Origin: Heteronotia binoei
Lineage: Eukaryota
Direction of reading: 5' to 3'
Length of the DNA: 64,000 bases
Assembly: GCF_032191835.1 (NCBI RefSeq)
Contig: NC_083228.1
Coordinates: 91,884,001-91,948,000, forward strand
A program made the position numbers and the translations under genes. Numbering within the stretch: the stretch's first letter is position 1; each line of letters starts with the position of its first letter. Shown here in pieces: positions 1 to 11,040 of this stretch. Below the pieces are notes generated by a model. It was not told the DNA's origin, made no database searches, and worked only from the letters and a program-made list of their open reading frames with translations.

Positions 1-841
1 TTTATCCTGAGAAACACAGTGTGAAGTAGGTTGAGTGTGGCTTTGAACCCAGTCTGATATTTTAACCACTACATCAGACTGGATAGGACTGGGCTACAGA
101 AATACCAAGCTATCAAAAAATCTTTTCCAACACAAAGCCTGTTTGCCTTGTAATTAAGTTTTCCCAAGTGATCTATATAAACCATGACAAAGTGAAATAC
201 TAAACAAAATTTTTGAAAAATATACCTGTTTCTATAGTTTTATGGTGTTTTAAACCAAACAATTTTATACACACGATTAAAAGCTGCTCTGGTCTCCTAG
301 ATTCGGAACAAATATTATATTAAAGTATTAATTGCAGCAAGACGTCTAATTGAGAATCCTTTCGCTCACTTAATTCTAAATATGACCTACATACTATTTA
401 CAAAAGTAATGCCATGCACCCAAGAACTTCTTGAAGGCACAATTTTTTTTAACAACATAAGAAATTATAAAACGTCGAGGCTAACAACGTTTCACTTTAC
501 AACTGGGACATGCCCTTGTATAACCATCAGTCTATATGCTTGTTATCAAACACACAGCTAATCTCAGTTATATCACCACACCATTCCAGGCCATTCTAAT
601 TCTAATGGAGGGTGGTGGGGGGTGGTTTGGAATTAATAAAACATACAACTAACTAAAAGGGAAAGCAGCTACACATCTTGGATCTAAAGATGCTGGATCT
701 CTGCAAATGCAAGGACAGCACTAAGTGTAAACAACCGGTTTACAAATGGTTATTCTATCTGGTCTCCTAAAACCAAGCTCAAAGGATTAGAGCAAGCCAC
801 CTGGCCAATGCAGCACAGCCTGCCTAGGAACTCTCACTCAC

Positions 842-950
842 CCCTCAGTAAAATGGATACAGCATCTGTGATGGGTGAAAGGGCTCCTATAATTTTGGTC
901 ACTGTAGCCAGTTTGAGGGTCACACGGAAGCTTCTCGCTTGACCACTAAC
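842..950 (-). other. Putative internal exon of the same minus-strand transcript
   Basis: Acceptor ttcattgtactcag and donor GAGGG|GTGAGT. 109 nt, no recognisable protein. Confidence 0.35.
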
Positions 951-1371
951 CTGAGTACAATGAATTTTTAATGTGCATGTGCGCACACACACAAAAATAC
1001 ACAAGCCAGTCACCGGACTGCTCTGACAGTGGCTAGGTACCGATTTCCTATGTTCTGCAGAGGCTGGCCCTGCCACTGGACAAACTTGGCAGTTGCCTAG
1101 GGCACCAGCCTTCTAGGGGTGTTGTTCGGGTGCCTCCCACATGACTCAGTTACCTGGGTTATCCAGGTCAGGGAGCAATTTCAAGTTTTGTGCCTTTCAT
1201 TTCCCCCCCAATTCATCTGTTTTTGAAAACTGGTTATCAGTGCGGGGAGGGGGGGAGGTGCCAGAAGTTTGCCTTGCCTAGGGTGCCAGATAGTCTAGAA
1301 CTGGCCCTGCCCACGCTCCCTTAACCTATTTAGATGGCCTTTCGCACGCCACCTTTACATGGCAAAAGAGG

Positions 1372-1455
1372 AGTACCGGGCCACCTTAAAGACTAACAAC
1401 TTGCACTCCAGCATCAGCTTTCGGACATGAGTCAGAACTCACTTCATGAGACACA
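1372..1455. mobile_element. Penelope-like element terminal remnant (similar remnants near 13005-13080, 35545-35670, 51925-52030)
   Basis: GCACCTTAAAGACTAACAA...GCTTTCG..AGTC...CTCACTTC motif typical of reptile Penelope ends. Confidence 0.6.
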
Positions 1456-1921
1456 ATGGAGCGCGCCATGCATTAGAGCCGTGATTTGACATTCACGAGA
1501 GAAAGGTGAATGGTGGGAGTCGGGAGACTGGCGACAAAGCCAGGCCGTGTTAGAACAAGAGCTGACCCAGAGAGAGTGACCAGCCCACCCGCAGCATCTT
1601 TGCCCTTAATGCCTCACCTCCGGAATCTATACGCCGCTTAGCAATAACCATGACTGTACTCGTCAACTGGGTCAGCAAATTTTTACCATCACTGCCGGGA
1701 TGGCGACGAGTCATCAAATGATTTAATCGTGGTTCAAAACATGCTCTTCCATCCCGGTGGCCATTACACCGCCTATCCACCCATCCCAGGCACAAAGGTC
1801 CCTTCACTACGAGAGCAGCGGGTCCCCCACGCCGATCCACTTGACAGCAGCCTACACAAGCACCCAGAAGGCGCCTCCACTTCCACCGCCCCCCGCTCCC
1901 TCGCCCCGTTCACCCACTCAC

Positions 1922-2060
1922 CCCGGCAGGCACCCTGCTGCGTCCAATACCGCCGTTGACGGCGACTACAGAAAGAGCCAAGAGCGACTGTCCCGCTCCT
2001 TGGATGCCGCATGTTATACAAAGGTTCCGCTGATCCACCACAGATGCTGGGGAGAGGGAA
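1922..2060 (-). other. Putative first exon (5' UTR or lncRNA) of a minus-strand transcript leaving the window to the left
   Basis: Ends at CGGGG|GTGAGT inside the CpG island. The start position is approximate. Confidence 0.45.
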
Positions 2061-2349
2061 AGCGGAGGCGTCACGGCAGATCTTCCAGCTGGCAGTCGCC
2101 CCCCACCCTTCTTCTCGCCACCGCCCCTTAAGAGCGCCCCCTTCCCTTCCAATCCCCGCAGCTCTGCTAACTCAAGACTTCATACCGTCGGAAACGTGAT
2201 CGGCCCGGAGGAACCCCCTTTCTCCAGCGTCGATTGGGCGACAGAAAGCCTTATCTGCATACAGAATAGATGGAGCAAGGCTCTGGAGGCCTCCATTGGT
2301 CGCTCTGGACGTCACTCAAGTTGTATAAGCTTCACGTGTGACTCCATGT

Positions 2350-2553
2350 TTCCTTCACTGCTCGGGTTTGCGCTCTCGTAGTAGCAGGGCTCTCCTTTAT
2401 TTTTTGGTGGTGTGTCAGCTCGAGCCTTCCCAGTGAGTTTAGGGGTGTGAAGAAAGTGGCGACCTCCCTATAGAGTCCTGCGTCACTAAGCCGTGAAAGA
2501 GGCCAGGGAAGGCAAGACTTTCTCCTTTTGAAACACACACGAGGCTTTAGGAG
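2350..2553 (+). ncRNA. Putative first exon of a plus-strand, apparently non-coding transcript
   Basis: Pyrimidine-rich start (TTTCCTTCAC) about 25 nt after TATAA; ends at GAG|GTGAGT. No ATG-initiated ORF. Confidence 0.45.
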
Positions 2554-3092
2554 GTGAGTGTCCCCGCGGGGCACGTTCCTTGTGAGAAGAGGGGCTGGCT
2601 GAATTTATTCGATGTAGTGAAAAGAAGAGACCAAATTAAGGATGTTCCAGCTCTGAATTCTCTAGCCTAGTAACACCATTTTTTAGAGTGTAGGTTGAAA
2701 GAATAGAACTATAAATATTTCCTATGAATGTGCACTCCATTTGCATCTGATGAAGTGAGTCCGTGGTGTATTCTAGGGGTCAGCCTTGACACAGTCCCAT
2801 CTCAGGGTGCATACATCTTAGTCACCTCATAATATAATAATATTTTAGAAACCCCAGGAGTCCTTTTGCTATGGTTGTTTGTGGCAACCATGGGGCTTTA
2901 ACGACTTGCACAAATATGGTAAACACAAGAAAAATAATGACTGAAGAGGATTTCGTTTTGGACTGGATGAGGACGCAGAAGGAGCAAACTTCCAACTGCG
3001 TAATGAGCTGTTGTTCACATACATACACATGAAATATCCCATTGGGGGGAACTACTGGCCAAAGTACTGTTTGTATTGGGAAAGGTAGTGAG

Positions 3093-3295
3093 CAGTGTTT
3101 CCTCTAAGCTGAGTTAGTGTGAGCTAGCTCACGGGGAGGGGGGGGGGTTAGGCCTTGGCTCACACATTTTTGTCTTGGCACAGGAAAAACGGACCCAGAG
3201 CAAACTAATTTATGCAGTAGCTCACAATTTTAAAGCCAGTAGCTCACAACGTAGAATTTTTGCTCACAAGGTTCCACAGCTTAGAAGGCGTATTG
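3093..3295. mobile_element. Non-autonomous hAT element (MITE)
   Basis: Perfect 8-bp TSD GTAGTGAG (3085-3092, 3296-3303) and imperfect TIRs. Confidence 0.8.
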
Positions 3296-5966
3296 GTAGT
3301 GAGAGGTGAGGATGTCTGAATTTGTGTTGAGTCTTCTGATGGTTTATAATAAAGGCACTACTTCATTTTGTTCATATAGAGAGGACAAGGCAGTCCCTAG
3401 CAAGCATTTTGAACAGTGGCACAGCAGGCTGCCTGGCTCAGCACACAGGGATGGCTCTCCCAAGGAACCGTATGGGGGCACCATAGCTAAAGCTCTACTT
3501 GCTTTGTATTTTCGGTCATGCTCTATTATTTTTTGAAAAGAGAAAGTGGCTGCTGACTTATTGATTACTGGTTGTGTTTTTATGTAACACTGCTTTTGAC
3601 CCCAGGGGTCTGTTTTGGGATGAGAAGGGTTTTTTTTTTTAAATCAATAACTCTGATTATTAATGGGATCTGTTATTTTGAACCTTGAAGAAGCATTGCT
3701 TAAGACTGACTGACTCAATCACAAGTACATGGAACTTTACAATGAAACATAAAAAGCATGGGTCTTTGATTCCAAGAGCAGACAGTCAATGCTTTGACAG
3801 TGAGGGAGAGACAATGTTAAAAAAACTGATGTATTTGATGTCTATATCTCCTCCCCACTCTCCATATCATCACGTGCATGATAGTACTTTGTTGTCTTAC
3901 ACCCATGTACTATTTTTCATCTCTCTTATTTCCTCTAACCTTTTCTTTGTTTTTTGTTAAAGTATTAATTTATTCTCTCATATTTTGAAGTTTTATTGTA
4001 TATATATCACATCAACCACATGTTATAGAGCCATCCAGAGAAAACTGTTGATCTTCTGCCTTTTGCTTCCTTCACATACCTTTCTTGCCTCTAGCTATGG
4101 AAGATGCTTTCATCAGTCCTCAGTGAAGAAGGAAGAATAACCTGACCTCCTTACATAATTACTGGTCTCTTGAGAAGAGAAAGAAGATTGTGACACAGTT
4201 TGAGCCAGTTATACAGAAAATATTAGTATGGTCACTTAATGTATATCACAAAGGTACTACTGTTTTTAAATTGTGTTTAAATCACCAGGCTTTTATAGAT
4301 TGTAAAAATTATTTATCTAGCAACATTCTAAATCAGCATGTCTTGGAATTTTGTTGGGAGATAAAATTGTGATTAGAATTCCAGCTTTCATTTCCAGTTT
4401 GACTGAATTGGAGCATGTTCAGTTTCCCAAGGATATGAAAATACTTTAAAGTTAATGTCTCCTAATCACATTTGGAGTACATATAGACATATCTGTAATC
4501 CACTTTTTCCTCAGTGGGGACCCAAAGTGGCTTGCAACATCATTTTCAAGACAATCCAGTGAAACAGGCTAAACTGAGACAGATTGACTAGTCCAAGGGC
4601 ACCTGAAGAGTGGTGATTTAAACCTGGGTGACCTAGTGCCAGTCCTGTGCTCTTATCACTGCACAATACTGGTTCACAGTGGTCAAAAGGGTGAGAGCGA
4701 GAAAAATAGCACCACACCCATTACATTTGCTGAGGAAATAGCTGCTCCAAAGAGAACTGACCCTCAGTTGGTGTCAGGCAATCATCCAGTGCCTCTCAAT
4801 AAATAAATAAATAAATTGCTATAATCCACCAAAAGAATCCTAAAATGTTAACGTTTTGCCAGGAAAAAACTATACTATGTTGTGAGTTTGACATGTTGTA
4901 ACCCGCCTGGAGCCTGTGTGTGGGAAGGGTGAGATAGAAATAAAATAAATATTCCAAGCCTTGGAAGAAAAAAAATTCTTTTATTCTTGATATGTGCCTC
5001 TTGCCAAAAATTTGGAGCTGTAATCTTTTCCCAAACTGAAATAGCTCCTATTGAGGGATTTTACTGCTCTTAGGTGAGTCATGGGGTGTCCAGTTTGATA
5101 TATGTAATATGTCTGCACTGTTATTTCTCCTGGATTACTTCTGGATTGATTAAAAAGACCATGGAAGAGGTTTCTGCTGCCTGGTCTCTCTCACACATAT
5201 GCATACATGTGTCAATTGGAGAATTAAGGCTATAATTCTAAGAATACTTATGCTGGAGTAAAGCCCATTGGATAAAATGGGGTTTACTTCTGAGTAGATC
5301 TCTTTAGGATTGCTTTCTAAGAAACTCAGAGTAGCACAACTTCGTGAAGAGACAAAGCAGCTACAGAATAATATGGCCTCTAGTAGATTCCAAATGGCAT
5401 AATTTATGTTGATATAATATGCATTGGGCTCCAAGTAAGAAAAATGTTTGAGAATGACTAGAATGTCCATTTAAGAACTGGTGGTGTATATTGACTAGGA
5501 TAATCATATGAAAGGCCAAGTTAATACGAGTACCTCAAATTGAACACAGAAACAAATTTGCAACCAGTGTGGCTGTCTTAAAATTGGAATAATGTGTTCA
5601 GAATCCTTAGACACTGTCAACAATTTAGGTGCCATTTTCTGCACCAATTGTAGCTTCTGAGGGGTCTTCACGTGCAATTCCATGTGCAGCATGTTGCAGT
5701 AGTCCAGTTTTGAGGATTACCATAGCATGGCTTAGCATTGCTAGGCTATCAGAGTCTAAAACGTCAAACTGTTTCTGTTAGTGGTAATGTCATACCATCT
5801 AAGGTGGAAAACATAGCTGCTTTCAGAATCTCAGCCTTTTCAGCATCACCTACATCTCATCAGGGTTAAACTTCAGCATGTTTTTTTTAAATAACACATC
5901 AACATAACTCAACAATGAGAGAGTTAAAATTACTACAGAACTAAAATTACCATTATCTTATTTTTA

Positions 5967-6261
5967 AAAGGTAAAGGTAGTTCCCTGTGCAAGCACCAGT
6001 AGTTTCTGACTCTGGGGTGATGTCGCATCATGACATTTTCACAGCAGATTTTTAATGGGGTGGTTTGCCATTGCCTTCCCCAGTCATCTACACTTTCCCC
6101 CCAGCAAACTGGGTACTCATTTGACCAACCTTGGAAGGATGGAAGGCTGAGTCAACCTTGAGCCAGCCACCTGAACCCAGCTTCTACTGGGATTGAACTC
6201 AGGTCGTGAGCAGAGCTTGGACTGCAGTACTGCAGCTTACCACTCTGCACCACAGGGCTTC
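5967..6261 (-). mobile_element. Sauria SINE
   Basis: tRNA-like head, central AGGTTGACTCAGCCTTCCATCCTTCC domain, RTE/BovB-like tail GGCAATGGCAAACCAC and a simple-repeat end. Confidence 0.9.
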
Positions 6262-7418
6262 TATCTTATACAGATCTTAACTATTACATTACCAAAATAA
6301 ATTTAAAATATCAATGATTACTTAAAAGAATATGGAGAATCTACATTATTTAAAAGTTTTTCCAGAACTGGGTACCACTTACTCAGAAAGTTTGACTTAG
6401 ACATAGGATATTCATTTAACCTCTTAATATATGCTATTTTGTCAAAAATTATATAATCCAACAAACGCATATACTACTCCTTTACTTCAGGCAGCTGGGA
6501 AGCCTTCCAATGCGAGGCAATTACTTTATTGGCTACATGTAATAATGTTTCAATTAATTTTTTTTTGTATGTCAGGAATATCTAAGTCAGGCCAAACATT
6601 CAACAATATTGATTGTATCGTATCATGTTCTTCCTCAGCTACTTGACTTCCGGGGTCTCTCCTGTCCAACATTCTGATTGATGTTCTGGCTCTCTATAGC
6701 ACCTGTTGGTATCTTGGCAGCATGTCAGCAATGCATATGTGAATGAAGTGGACAAAGAATGGAAGCAAATCTGACATAAATAAAAGGAAATAAATATCGC
6801 TCATATATAATTAGTGATAATCATTTCTGCTCATGATGTTTTGTGTAGGAAAAATAACCCAAAAGGAACAGATAAGTAGTGCTATGAAAACAATTTCTGA
6901 ATGACCTTCCAATGGAAAAGAACTATTAAGGCCACAGCATGTTTCCCTCTTGTGCGGAAATTTACCATGATTATTCTGTGTTCCCAGCTGTGTGCTGCCA
7001 CAGTATGTTGTTAGCTACCTTTTGTTGTTTAAATTGCTAATATCTGCTGTGACTTCATTCAGAAAACAGCCTCACTTGAAAAAGCTGATTATTTTGTATA
7101 CGTGGTTCCTTCCGAGTCTTTGTGAAATAAAGACTGCGAGACAAACAATTACCTGAATCTTTGTAACATCAGGCAGAAAGCATGGCAGGTTTACCCCTTC
7201 CAAAGTGACCCTTTGCTCTTATTAAATGTGCTAAGTTCTTTTGCAGGCTTTGGTTTATTTGCACTGCACACTTCACATGGCTTTAACTACAAAACCTCTT
7301 TGATGGTTATACTGATAATATAAAGAATGCTGGTGTGAAATAATGGTGATTAATCCTATCTCTTGCATTGGTGTGTGTTTTGGACAACAGAGAAGGATAT
7401 GTCAGTCTTGAGTGTGAT

Positions 7419-7567
7419 CAAGCCTTGAATTCAGCAGGAGCACAGCTCCTGAACCTTTCTGACGGTTTCGCCTCCTCCTCCCCACTTTGACCATTGAATA
7501 ATGGGTGCAGCTGTATAACAATCCCTGGATGAGCTCGACCACCTATTTTTCTACAAAACAACCCCTG
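7419..7567. mobile_element. Non-autonomous hAT MITE (same family as 40328-40475, opposite orientation)
   Basis: Perfect 8-bp TSD AGTGTGAT (7411-7418, 7568-7575). Shares GAATTCAGCAGGAG..CAGCTCCTGAACCTTTCTGA with the 40.3 kb copy. Confidence 0.8.
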
Positions 7568-8353
7568 AGTGTGATACGTAATAGCTACAGCTGGAAGTGT
7601 GGTTCAGTGTCATAAACAGAGTAATGGCAGGCAGGTTGGGCTAGCAGTGACCCTATTTAGTGGGTAACTGCAGCATGGTGGAACTGAGCTTTTATTTTAG
7701 TGGAGAATGCATGAAGACCTGCACGGGAGGGATTTGCTATCTCTCATTAGCTTTTCTTACTTGCCCTCAGATCTCTCACTGCTGTTGGTTTCTCCTTCAC
7801 ATCATCTCCCTCCTCCTGACCTACTGCTGTTTTGTCATTCCATCACTCCCATCCCTGCTTTCCCTTCCCCCATGCCTTCCTATTATTGGGTTAAATGTAA
7901 AAATGAAATAATTTGCCTTGGAAGTGCAGAAGCTTTATGCAGTATCCCTGATCCTGCATGCTTCCCACTTAAGGGGAATATGCTGTTCAAACAAATTACA
8001 AAGATGATATACCTCCAGTGGTAGCAGGAGAAAGGAATTTTTTCTTATAAAAATAGAAGCACAGCTTACATGACATATTCATGTAGATACATTTAACTTA
8101 TTGTAAACAGGTTAGATTCAGAAAGGTTAACTTGCTACAGCTCCAAGCCCAGGTAAGAAAGAGTGGTCCTATATAAGATGGAACAGCAGAAGGCAATCAA
8201 TGGCCAAAAAGGCTCAACATCTAAACAATGAGAGGGTGGGGTCAACTGCCAAGTGTACCTGAGTGAGAGAATGCTCTTAACGCTTTCCTTCCCAGATCCT
8301 CTTGCATGCGGAGTTACAATATCCAACACCTTGAACATTCCATATGGGTTGGT

Positions 8354-10340
8354 AGGCAAGTTGACCTTCAGGAAGACCAACTGCTCAACTGTCCAGGGTT
8401 GCAGGCGATTGTGATGTGGGCAGACAATGTTGCCCATATGCGAAAAGACGCACTCGCTCTGCACGCTCGTCAGTGGGCATGAGAGGAACGCCTTAGCCAT
8501 GGAGGAGAGGGCCAGCCAGACCCCTCTCCTCCTCAGCTACCGGCACTGGGTCCTCCCTGACTCTTCTGGGAGAGAGTGTCTCGCCAGCAATCGAGCTTGT
8601 TGGCCTGCTTGCGATGATGCCCTTAAGGCGCGGGTCTAACATGCTCGCCATCATGTAGACCATATCCTGGGTGAAAGTCTGAAAGCAGGCCTCAAGCCCT
8701 TCATGCAGCTTAACAACCAGGGCACGCACTGCTGGAAGAACATCTGCACGGCCTTGAGCTGGCACTAGAAATGAGGCCAGGTCCTCATGGGCCATGTGGA
8801 CCATGGGGACGACCAGTGCAATGCTCACTGTGTCAGATGAGAGCATTTCTATGTGGGTATTGAAGGGCCCAAGAACCTCCACAGACTGAGAAATGACCAC
8901 CCAATCCTCTTGGGTGAGACGGTTCTCATCCCGAAATACCCTTGTCTCAGTGACCAAGGCATCCAGGGCTGCTCTCTGCTCCACCATGCACTCCAGCATG
9001 GCACAGGTGGAGTTCTAGCATGTGCTGACTTCACCGATCAGGCAGAGCCCTGGCATGCCTGTCAGTATCTGTTTCTCACGCAGCAGATATGAGTCCGTAT
9101 TGCTGTGTGAGAAGTGACCCGTGATGTGCCGACACTTCTGGAGCAGAAGTCGGTACTCATAGGTCGCGGCTACATACCGACGACCCTGGCTTTTCGTCTG
9201 GCCCAACATGTCCTTAACCACGAGGTGGAGAAGGTGAGTCACGCAAGGAAGGCGTTTTAGGCCCTGATGCTGGACAGCTGCCTTGATGTTGGAGCCACCG
9301 TCAGTCACCACGAAGCCCGTGGAGACGTCCCTGCAGCCTACCCAGCCCTCTAACTGCCGTGAGAGGATGGCTCCGAGAGTGTCTGCCGTGTGCGGCACGT
9401 CAACTGCTTCGGTGTGCAGCAAGGCCCAACAATAACCGGCCTGCCCTGACCCTGCCTGCCGCTACTGCCACCCCCACCACCCCCATCCTGCAGCTCACTG
9501 GGTTGCCACCAATGCGCAGTCACAGAGAAATACCCCTCGAACGCATGTTGAGAGCTCCAGATATCTAAGGTGAAATGAACAGTCCCCCCAACAGCACGGG
9601 ACAAATGCTCCGTCACCACAGATCTGGTCACCCTGAAAACAGATGGCACAATGGTCCTGCTAGTGGTGGTTTTAGCAGGAACTTTGTACTGGGATGCCAG
9701 GTACTCGAGCAACCCTAGCACCCCAGGATTCTTGACCATTAAAAATGGAAGCCCATGAACGACCAACCTGGCAAGGTTCCACGTGATCACCCTTCTGCCA
9801 TACCTGATTCCCCCTCTTGGCACACAGTGCTACCCCCAGCAAACATCTCAGGCAGAGATGGCTGACGTCCCTGCCCTGTCACGGAACTCTCCTGGAGACC
9901 TCTGGAGGTAGTCACGATGGGATGGACCTCCTGGCTGGGTGGTGTTGGCCGCTTGGGCACCCCAGCACCAGCCTGCTTCTCCCCCTTAAGAAGCACCGCC
10001 TGGTGGTGCTTCTGCAGGTAGTTCCGCATCCCCCCCGGAGTCAGGCAGGCAGGATCCCACTCACAACTGATCCGGGACCTGCACAGCTGGCACTGTGCAT
10101 AGCGTGGATCCTCCATAAGTCAGAAATGCTTCCAGACTTTGGAGGTGTACGAATGCCCAAGCTGACTGGCAGCTTGGGTGTCCAGAGCCATCTCCTGTGA
10201 GGTGCTTGGGGCAGACACATCATGTCTTGGGGTGGCAGGAGGGGCTGGCCGCTGGGGGGAAGTGGGCGAAGATGGAGGCACCTCGTGTGTGCCTATTTCT
10301 TCCCCCTCCACCCCATGTGACCTCCCCTCCATTAGTTGGC
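8354..10340 (-). pseudogene. Degraded hAT (ZBED-like) transposase
   Basis: Fragments in successive frames: BED finger (SKVWKHF...AQCQLC...LQKHH), FTLDIWS (first catalytic D), VVTDGGSN (second D), CVTH (CxxH), a RWNS motif broken by a stop, ASMLDPRLK, and a dimerisation domain FLSCPLTSVQSECVFS...LVFLKVNLP. Several stops and frameshifts. Confidence 0.93.
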
Positions 10341-10519
10341 CAGCCTGTTTAGCGGCCCTAGCGAAACCGAAAACACCCTCAGATTCCAAAAATAACTCTA
10401 TAAAAACATGAAAGTGACCCACCCCACACAGCCCACACACCAACCCCCACACCAACCAGAGGTAATTTTAAAAAACCAAAACGTAACAGAAAGAAACTTA
10501 ACTTTTAACCCACCCACCC

Positions 10520-11040
10520 CAAAACCAGAACCAGGAAAAGGGACAACAGGACAGGATGCAAAACCAACAACAACAGATCCAAATAGATCACTGAGAAAAG
10601 GCCAAGAAACTCAACTGTTAAAAAATGACCTTTTAAACAATAAAAAAACCTCAGGCCAAATCAGTCAACAACACCCCTTCCCCCCCAAAAAACACCAGAA
10701 CCAGGAAAAGGAACAACAGGACAGGATGCAAAACCAACAACAACAGATCCAAACAAATCACTGAGAAAAGGCCAAGAAACTCAACTGCTAAAAAAGTGAC
10801 CTTTTCAACAATAAAAAACCTCAGGCCAAATCAGTCAACAACACCCCCCCTCCCAAAACCAAAACCAGGAAAAGGGACAACAGGATAGGATGCAAAACCA
10901 ACAACAACAGATCCAAATCACTGAGAAAAGGCCAACAAACTCAACTGTTAAAAAAGTGACCTTTTTAATGAAAATTAGGCCAAACAGCCCCCCCCCCCCA
11001 AGAACCAGAACCAGAAGAGAAAAGGAACAACAGCAGCACA
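10520..11040. repeat. Tandem array of about 3 copies of a 164-170 bp unit inside the hAT element
   Basis: The anchor (C/T)AGGATGCAAAACCAACAA recurs at 10552, 10722 and 10886, with a partial fourth unit near 11000. Confidence 0.9.

Larger units (their letters stand above)
1400..2600. promoter_or_regulatory. CpG-rich island, probable bidirectional promoter
   Basis: Only clearly CpG-dense non-repeat region in the window. CCAAT boxes (2233-2237, 2295-2299), CRE-like GACGTCA (2308-2314), TATAA (2324-2328), E-box CACGTG (2333-2338), CACGTT on the minus strand (2193-2198). Outward-facing GTGAGT donors at 1921-1916 (minus) and 2554-2559 (plus). Confidence 0.75.

Noticed and set aside
6833-6900. C/D-box snoRNA-like segment (ATGATGT...CAGA...CTGA)
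   Set aside because: The C box is imperfect, there is no terminal stem, and the possible guide pairing is short and does not abut the D' box. An Infernal/snoscan hit would be needed.
8354-10340. Domesticated ZBED-type host gene
   Set aside because: Multiple stops and frameshifts, a broken RWNS motif and truncation indicate a fossil transposon.
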